In this document: positions 55,901-64,000 of the stretch, piece after piece
How positions within the stretch are numbered: position 1 is the stretch's first letter
How the letters are laid out: every line of letters begins with the position of its first letter
Assembly (NCBI GenBank): GCA_964016885.1
Contig: OZ024742.1
Location: forward strand, 90,272,001 to 90,336,000
Direction: 5' to 3'
Length of the DNA: 64,000 nucleotides
DNA from: Eledone cirrhosa
Lineage: Eukaryota
The notes under the pieces: model-generated
Told to the model about the DNA's origin: nothing
The model's database searches: none
Seen by the model: the letters and a program-made list of their open reading frames with translations, nothing else
Position numbers and translations under genes: made by a program

Positions 55901-58900
55901 TTGAAAAAATTAATAATTAATATTTAATATTAAAGAAATTAGAAAATTTAAAGTTAAGCAGTTTAACATTTTAAGGTTGATATATCTAATAGTTCTGATT
56001 TGATCTGTAATTTAAAGGTACTATGTGGCGGTTAAAACACCGGCCGCGCTCCGGGCCCCCGGAGCGAATTAAACCACTCCGAGTAGTTTCATTTACCGAA
56101 AGAAGGGGAAATTTATTTTCCCAAGCACTCAAGGTAGGCCCATGCACCAGGGGGCTGGTCGCGCCGCCATTCAAACCCACCCAACAGTCCGACAGAAAGT
56201 TGGAACTTTAAAATATTGTTTAAATTTATAGGATGAAGTTGAAAAGATTTATAATTAATATTTAATATTAAAGAAATTAGAAAATTTAAAGTTAAACAGT
56301 TTAACATTTTAAGGTTGATATATCTAATAGTTCTGATTTGATCTGTAATTTATAGGTACTATGTGGCGGTTAAAACACCGGCCGCGCTCCGTGCCCCGGG
56401 GGCGAATTAAGCCACTCCGAGTAGTTTCATTTACCGAAAGAAGGGGAAATTTATATTTCCAAGCAATCCAGGTAGGCCCATGCGCCAGGGGGCTGGTTGC
56501 GCCGCCATCAAAACCCGCCCAGCAGTCCGACTGAAAGTTGGAACTCTAAAATCTTGCTTAAATTTATAGGATGAAGTTGAAAGAATTTAGAATAAGATTA
56601 TAAAATTAAAGAGTAAGAAGATTGAGTATTGAACAAACAGAAAATTGAAAATTAAACATTTAAAAAAACTTCTATGAGGTTTTGGGTTGCGGGGTTTAAT
56701 TAAAGAGAGTCTTTTATGAAAAAACGCTAATTGTATTATGTAGATCTATAATTTATCCTAGTGGGATGTAGAGTACGGGATATAGTCGTGTAATATTTAT
56801 TTTTGTTCTCAGGGGAGACATTCTAGTGTCGTGTGCTAATGGGTACAAGTGAGCAAAAGTCCCAATAGGAGGAGTAGAAATACATGGATACATAGAAGTG
56901 GAATACGTGGAAGAGCACATTGATAAAGCAAAGGTATAAATATATAAACATATCAATATATAGATATAAATATGTAAATAAAGCAATAAGAGTGGTGTTG
57001 GAGTAAGATGGAGAAATCAAGACATAGGAGAAGTACAATATAGTTCAGGTTGCAGTATTTACCACTTGACAGAGCTGGTCTATTCCGTATTGTCAATCCT
57101 AATGTAATAATATAGAGAGTACTCAACGTAAAGCAATTCAACCGTCTTTGTTTTTGTAGTTGGTGGTGCTATTACGGAGTTAAATATTATAATGAAATGA
57201 CAGGAGGCTGGATTTGTGTAAATCCTTCAAAGGTTTATTATACTATGATCATTTCAATGACCGGATTCCGTATGAATCCGGTGATATCATCAGGTATTCG
57301 AAATATAATACGTGAATGTAATAGATAAAATCCATGGGCTGAAAATCGAGGACCCGAGGGCGATCGCTATCCTGTACCTTCTACCTTAGCCGGTCGCCCT
57401 CGAGTGAAGTGGCCAAAGCTTACAGTGTGCTACTACCAGTCAGATAAAGGAAAACAGAAAGGGATGGGAACATAACATGACCGGTAGTAGCACACTGTAA
57501 GCTTTGGCCACGTCACTCGAGGGCGACCGGCTAAGGTAGAAGGTACATGATAGCGATCGGCCTCGGGTCCTCGATTTTCAGCCCCATGGATTTCATCTAT
57601 TACATTCACGTATTATATTTCGAATACCTGATGATATCACCGGATTCATACGGAACCCGGTCATTGAAATGATTATAGTATAATAAACCTTTCAAGGATT
57701 TACACAAATCCAGCCTCCTGTCATTTCATTATAATATTTAACTCCGTAATAGCACCACCAACTACAAAAACAAAGACGGTTGAACTGCTTTACGTTGAGT
57801 ACTCTCTATATTATTACATTACGATTGACAATACGGAATAGACCAGCTCTGTCAAGTGGTAAATACTGCAACCTGAACTATATTGTACTTCTCCTATGTC
57901 TTGATTTCTCCAACTTACTCCAACACCACTCTTATTGCTTTATTTACATATTTATATCTATATATTGATATGTTTATATATTTATACCTTTGCTTTATCA
58001 ATGTGCTCTTCCACGTATTCCACTTCTATGTATCCATGTATTTCTACTCCTCCTATTGGGACTTTTGCTCACTTGTACCCATTAGCACACGACACTAGAA
58101 TGTCTCCCCCTGAGAACAAAAATAAATATTACACGACTATATCTCGTACTCTACATCCCACTAGGATAAATTATAGATCTACATAATACAATTAGCGTTT
58201 TTTCATAAAAGACTCTCTTTAATTAAACCCCGCAACCCAAAACCTCATAGAAGTTTTTTTAAATGTTTAATTTTCATTTTTCTGTTTGTTCAATTCTCAA
58301 TCTTCTTACTCTTTAATTTTATAATGTTATTCTGAATTCTTTCAACTTCATCCTATAAATTTAAGCAATATTTTAGAGTTCCAACTTTCTGTCGGACTGC
58401 TGGGTGGGTTTTGATGGCGGCGCAACCAGTCCCTGGCGCATGGGCCTACCTGGATTGCTTGGAAAAATAAATTTCCCCTTGTTTCGGTAAATGAAACTAC
58501 CCGGAGTGGCTTAATTCGACCCGGGGGCCCGGAGCGCGGCCGGTGTTTTAACCGCCACATTGTACCTTTAAATTACAGATCAAATCAGAACTATTAGATA
58601 TATCAACCTTAAAATGTTAAACTGTTTAACTTTAAATTTTCTAATTTCTTTAATATTAAATATTAATTATTAATTTTTTCAACTTCATCCTATAAATTTA
58701 AACAATATTTTAAAGTTCCAACTTTCTGTCGGACTGTTGTGTGGGTTTAATGGCGGCGCGATCAGCCCCCTGACGCATGGGCCTACCTTGAGTGCTTGGA
58801 AAAATAAATTTCCCCTTCTTTCGGTAAATGAAACTACTCGGAGTGGTTTAATTCGCCCCGGGGGCCCGGAGCGGCCGGTGTCTTAACCGCCACATAGTAC

Positions 58901-59977
58901 CTTTAAATTACAGATCAAATCAGAACTATTAGATATATCAACCTTAAAATGTTAAACACTGTTTAACTTTAAATTTTCTAATTTCTTTAATATTAAATAT
59001 TAATTATTAATTTTTTCAACCTCATCCTATAAGTCTAAACAAAAACGTAACGTTCCAATATTCTGATCACACATTATAACACACTGACCCCCAATATAGT
59101 CACCTCTGCTAAGATACGGGTCCCTGTGAAAATTTTCTCGCGCCACTCCTGGCCTGACTGTAGTCTGACATTAATATTGACCTTTCTTCCTCTTTCTTTC
59201 TATCTTCCTTCTTGTAGCCACGAAACCTTACTTTTCTACTTCTTCATTCTCTTCCTTCTCTCCTCCCCTCTTTCTGTCTTCCTCCCGCAGACTTATCTTC
59301 CTTCCCCCTTTTTGTTTGCCTATATCTGACCGGTAGTAGTTGTTTAGATACGGGTCCCGTAGAATAAAAAAAAAATTTCTTCGCGACAATCCTGGCCTGA
59401 CTGTAATACCGACCTTTCCTCCTCTTTCTTTCTGTCTTTCTTCTTATAGCTGACTTTAACCCTGGCTTCTCTTCTTCTTCCTTCCCCCTTCTTCTCTCTC
59501 CCTCCTTTCTTTCTTTTGTCTTGTGGCATGAGATTAACGCTAACTTATGTTCCCATCCCTTTCTGTTTTCCTCTTTCTGACCGGTAGTAGCACACTGTAA
59601 GCTTTAGCCACATCACTCGAGGGCGACCGGATAAGGCAGAAGGTAGAGGATAGCGATCGCCCTCGGGTGCTCGATTTTCAGCCCCATGGATTTTATCTAT
59701 TACATTCACGTATTATATTTCGAATACCTGATGATATCACCGGATTCATACGGAACCCGGTCATTGAAATGATCATAGTATAATAAACCTTTCAAGGATT
59801 TACACAAATCCAGCCTCCTGTCATTCCATTATAATATTTGCTCCGTAATAGCACCACCAACTACAAAAACAAAAACGGTTGAACTGCTTTACGTTGAGTA
59901 CTCTCCGTATTATTACATTACGATTGACCATACGGAATAGACCAGCTCTATCAAGTGGTGAACCTCAAACCTGAATA
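52978..59977. mobile_element. 7-kb ORF-less HHR element: ~2.15 tandem copies of a 2104-bp unit (sense -, 52978-57476) head-to-head with ~1.2 copies (sense +, 57477-59977)
   Basis: Short ORFs repeat at exactly +2104; the inverted arm repeats at 2100; five HHR copies; (TA)n at both ends; no RT/EN motifs seen. Confidence 0.88.
59724..59781 (+). ncRNA. Type I hammerhead ribozyme of the 2.1-kb unit (also 57624-57681 +; 53032-53089, 55136-55193, 57240-57297 -)
   Basis: AUAC-CUGAUGA-UAUCACCGGAUUCAUACGGAACCCGGUCAUU-GAAA-UGAUCA-UA-GUAU; stem I AUAC/GUAU, stem II ACCGG.UUC/GAA.CCGGU, palindromic stem III AUGAUCAU. Confidence 0.78.
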
Positions 59978-60984
59978 TATATATATATATTTATATATAT
60001 ATATATATTATTCAATTTAGGAAAGTTTGTTGATCATTTAATCCGCTGACGTTTTTTGTAAACGGACATAAAGCACTCTATAAAATATCATTTTCGTTTA
60101 TTCTAACTTTATTTGATTTTGTTTTTTTTATTTTCTAATTTAATTTAATTGTTTGATAATATAGTTAATATTACAATTGATGTAGAGAATATAAAACACA
60201 TACAAATGCTCAGATAGATGAGAACCGAACTCACCGAAACTGGAAACTAAAGGAACTAGAATTTATGCTCAGTGCATGGAATTGAGCTAATGGCTCCCTT
60301 TCAAACAAGCTAATTAAGGATGCCCTACAAAGATGTGGCTTTCTGAGAACTTGGGCACAGCTACAACTGAAAAAGAACGAATTTATTCGTGCCTACTCGC
60401 TTGTTCTGCTACACGTGGATCAGTTGAGCCACATTTGGTCAGAGGAGACAAAAGAAGAAGGGGAAGAAGTCGAAAACTAAGAAAAACAAAGTTCCTGGGA
60501 AAAAGAAGGCCCAGGTTCTCTGTGAATTCCACAAGAAAGTGACCTGTTAGCATAGGGCGTCTGGGACAAACTGCGGGTTTGCAAGTCGCACCCATCCTGC
60601 TTATGCCAACTACCCAAGCCAAAACCAACATGTGCAAACAATACAGTGCACAGGGTCACTGTCCAGGATGTATGCTGAGGTTGTACGCACTCCCCTGATG
60701 ACGAGAAGGAAGTATACAGAAGCAGTACAGAGTTTTAACTGGATAAAAGGACTTTTTTTTTAATAACGGAAAAGATAGTGAGACAGATGACTTAGCTTCG
60801 TCAACTACAAAGCCAAATTCAGTCACATCAACACTCGCGACCACCACAAATAAAAGAGCTGGTGTGGCCGCTTCTGATACCCACGCAAGTGCCATATAAG
60901 CAGCCACCACTGATCCCTAAAATGTCACACTAGTGCTACTAGTAAATGATCTTCTAACTGACACTCAGTATGGCTTTCGTCCGG

Positions 60985-61155
60985 GTAGAAATTGTATATG
61001 TTGGGAAGGTGATGTTTCAAATGAACACACACGCCGCTGTTGTTTTCACTTCAATTTATTACAAATTACCGGGTGGTTGGTTCAATAACCCGATGGTTGT
61101 TTATTTATCGTCAAAGCTCTTTCGTCACACATTCTGTGACCTCCTCAGTGACTAC
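60985..61155 (-). mobile_element. Diverged family B PLE 3' end with HHR (61110-61152)
   Basis: GUCA-CUGAGGA-GGUCACAGAAUGUGUGAC-GAAA-GAGC-UU-UGAC conserved while the flanks diverge. Confidence 0.75.
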
Positions 61156-62258
61156 CCTAATAATTTAGCTCCAATTAGTTGAGCGCTTTACGATGTAACC
61201 GATATGGTGGAGAAGAGAGGAACCAACCATAAGCTACCCCGGAAATTCCCTCTACTATGGGGATGGAAACCCCTTACACTGGACGGACATACTAGTAACT
61301 TTCGGCCGGATAAATACGCGGAAACAAATAATAGGATAAACCCCTATTTTCCTGCACCAAATCGCATTTGAACAGAGGCCCCCTCAATTCAATCTATACA
61401 TGGACAGAAGGACAATCATATGGATCATTTTGCATATATGTACTCTGTGTTTTTGCATTTATTCACTATTGGTTCTGTTCTTTTCTTTTGTGTACTTTAT
61501 GTCTGTTTTTCTTTGATTTTGTTCCATGTGATGATAATTAAAACTGTGTACCAGATTCACTAATGCCTGGAGCCCTGTAGTTATAATGTACGGCACTGTC
61601 GTTCAATATGTGGATAGAGTGTCTGGGACACTAGAATCCCTCTCAGAACATATTACTTAAACATCTCCCTCCATATTATTTACTCACTTCAGTCTATATT
61701 TTTACTCACCTCAATCCGAATTATCACCCGAAAAGAATTTTTTTTATTCTTTAATTTCTAATTGTTAATTTCTTAATTGTTTAATTTATAATTTCTGATA
61801 TTTGATTTAGGATTTTAATTTTTATTTCCAACTCTCACTCTTAACTTCCAACGTAAAACCATGATACCTATAATAAGTTTGTTTTCCCTTATAAGGTGAT
61901 GGTCAGTCGTACCGTCAATGCTTAGTGAGGGGTAGTATTATGACCTGTAAAAACTAACACTCTCCCATCCCCTCTGGCTCTCGGCTGACTGCCACAGCCG
62001 TGATGGGTAGCAGTAAAATATGGTACAGGCATTGGTGGGCCATTGTTTTGGATGATAGGGTGAACTGACTAAGCAAATTTCGCTGAAGTCTGCGGTGGCG
62101 AATGGTCAACTTCCTTCGGACATGCGCTTGCGCAGGCCGGTGGGGGTGAATTGGTATTCACAAGGGAGCGGATGAAAAACCCCAAAACACGCAATTCATC
62201 CGTTCCCTTGTCGATCCAATTTGGATTGCCTGGGAAACATAACCTTATTATGTAACAA

Positions 62259-62332
62259 GCTGTCTGATGATGACACGACACTCGCACACAGAACAGTGTG
62301 GCCAGTGTCGTCACTGAAATATATATCATAGC
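62259..62332 (+). ncRNA. Type I hammerhead ribozyme with extended stem II
   Basis: GCUGU-CUGAUGA-UGACACGACAC...GUGUCGUCACU-GAAA-UAUAUA-UC-AUAGC; ~125 nt upstream of (TA)n. Confidence 0.78.
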
Positions 62333-62454
62333 ATTATTATTAAAGGACTTGAACATCTGAAACTACTTCGCTTTTCCTTATTCGATATTTACTCCATCAC
62401 TCCTATGTGGAAAAAGTACGCTGAGTGCTTGAATTGAATTGAATCAATGTTTAC

Positions 62455-62534
<80 letters not shown>

Positions 62535-62543
<9 letters not shown>

Positions 62544-63692
62544 TATAATACATATATTCATATACATATAATATATATATTACATATATATTCATATATA
62601 TATATCTTATATGCAATATGTTGAAAAGGTAACACACTAGAGAGAGAAAGTGTGCCATCAATAAAACAGGGAAAACCACCAGTGAATGGAATCTATAACT
62701 ATGGAAGGCAGGGTATACACACAATAATTAAAAATATAAATTAAAATGTATATACGCACCTCTATAATTATATAACACACGCGTACAAATCCAAAGTGAT
62801 CTCTTTCGCCAGGAAGTTGTTGACTGAAATACAATAGCCTAGGGTTCATCAGCGCGTACTAGACTATACATTCCAGGCAACTCTAAGATAATCTAAAGCG
62901 ACCGTCCAGCTACACGCGGCAGAGAGATCTCACAGCGTGTTTAGGAAAGTGAAGCAGTGGTATCTGAGGGACGAGCTGCTAGAAAGGGCAGCCCAAAAAC
63001 CACTCAAAGAAGTGTGATGAACCAAACAGAGAGAGAGAAAGGAACGTTGTTATAAGGTGCGAAATATCACGATAAATTAACGGAGCCATAGACTCTCCAG
63101 GATTCCTTTTCCTTTGAGCACATTATTGACAGGGAATAACAAGAGTCTATGGCTCCGTTAATTTATCGTGATATTTCGCTCCTTATAACAGTCTTTCCTC
63201 TCCCTTTGTTTGGTTGAGCACACTTCTTTGAGTGGCTTTTGGGCTGCCCTTTCTAGCAGCTCGTCCCTCAGATAGTACTGGTTCACTGCCCTAAACACGC
63301 TGTGACATCTCTCTGCCGCGTGTAGCTGGACGGTCACTTTAGATTCTCTTAGAATTGTCTGGAATGTATAGTCTAGTATGCGCTGATGAACGCTAGGCTA
63401 TTCCATTTCAGTCAACAACTTACTGGCGAAACAGATCTCTTTGGATTTGTCCGCGTGTGTTATATAGTTATAGAGGTGCGTATCTACATTTTAATTTATA
63501 TTTTTAATTATTGTGTGTATACCCTGCCTTCCATAGAGTATAGATTCCATACACTGGTGGTTTTCCCTGTTTTATTGATGGCACACTTTCTCTCTCTAGT
63601 GTGTTACCTTTTCAACATATTGCATATAAGATATATATATATGAATATATATGTAATATATATATTATATGTATATGAATATATGTATTATG

Positions 63693-63700
<8 letters not shown>
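62535..63700. mobile_element. Non-coding fold-back element (arms 62535-63095 and 63143-63700) with an HHR in each arm
   Basis: Arms are reverse complements with scattered substitutions; (TA)n both sides. Confidence 0.85.
63377..63457 (+). ncRNA. Type I hammerhead ribozyme with a full intramolecular stem III (partner copy 62778-62858, -)
   Basis: UAUGCG-CUGAUGA-ACGCUAG...CUGGC-GAAA-CAGAUC-UCUUUG-GAUUUG-UC-CGCGUG; GUC triplet. Confidence 0.8.
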
Positions 63701-63737
<37 letters not shown>

Positions 63738-63740
<3 letters not shown>

Positions 63741-63918
63741 TTAAAACAATCAATTGATTTTTTATTTCATTGTTTTAACTTATATCATGACTCTGTTTTC
63801 CCTTTAATGTTTTATGTTTTCCGGGATTTATCTTAACCTACAACATTTTGAACATATGGATTACATCGAGTTCTTCATGCAGAATAGACCCCACAAGTTA
63901 CTCTGGATACTTCTGTGT
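63738..63918 (+). mobile_element. Miniature family E fold-back insert
   Basis: 63758-63918 matches 52748-52908; preceded by a short inverted arm AAGTTAAAACAAT; (TA)n both sides. Confidence 0.75.
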
Positions 63919-63919
63919 G

Positions 63920-63981
<62 letters not shown>

Positions 63982-64000
63982 ATTGGAGGCTTAGTAAAAT

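Noticed and set aside
53282-59529. Repeated 60-83 aa ORFs in the 2.1-kb unit
   Set aside because: Low complexity, mostly non-ATG starts, not consistently preserved between arms, no recognisable motifs
60330-60920. Possible LINE ORF1 CCCH-finger remnant
   Set aside because: Only weak, frameshifted similarity by eye; not supportable

Overview
AT-rich, repeat-saturated eukaryotic (animal) DNA, probably a coleoid cephalopod judging from the SINE, the RTE types and a galaxin-like exon (inference). Only one host coding segment is visible: a terminal exon (18801-19510, +) for a dicysteine-repeat galaxin-like protein with a Pro/His-rich tail. The rest is microsatellite ((TA)n, (CATA)n, (CA)n, (GA)n) and decayed transposons: at least seven Penelope-like element (PLE) copies with RT/GIY-YIG remnants, a near-complete RTE LINE, R4/Dong-like and CRE-like LINEs, CR1/L2-like fragments, a non-autonomous Helitron and a tRNA-SINE. 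The most interesting layer is RNA-level. I folded by eye about 11 distinct families (20+ copies or half-copies) of type I hammerhead ribozyme (HHR) motifs in PLE 3' ends and in ORF-less retrozyme-like tandem units (~430 bp, ~460 bp and an unusually long ~2.1 kb unit). Many of these inserts are head-to-head fold-back structures embedded in (TA)n. One arm typically ends at the natural 3' end and the other at an internal TA, and in one family the fold-back centre is the HHR stem II itself. Most short ORFs in the supplied track are microsatellite or antisense artefacts. Coordinates of degraded elements are approximate.
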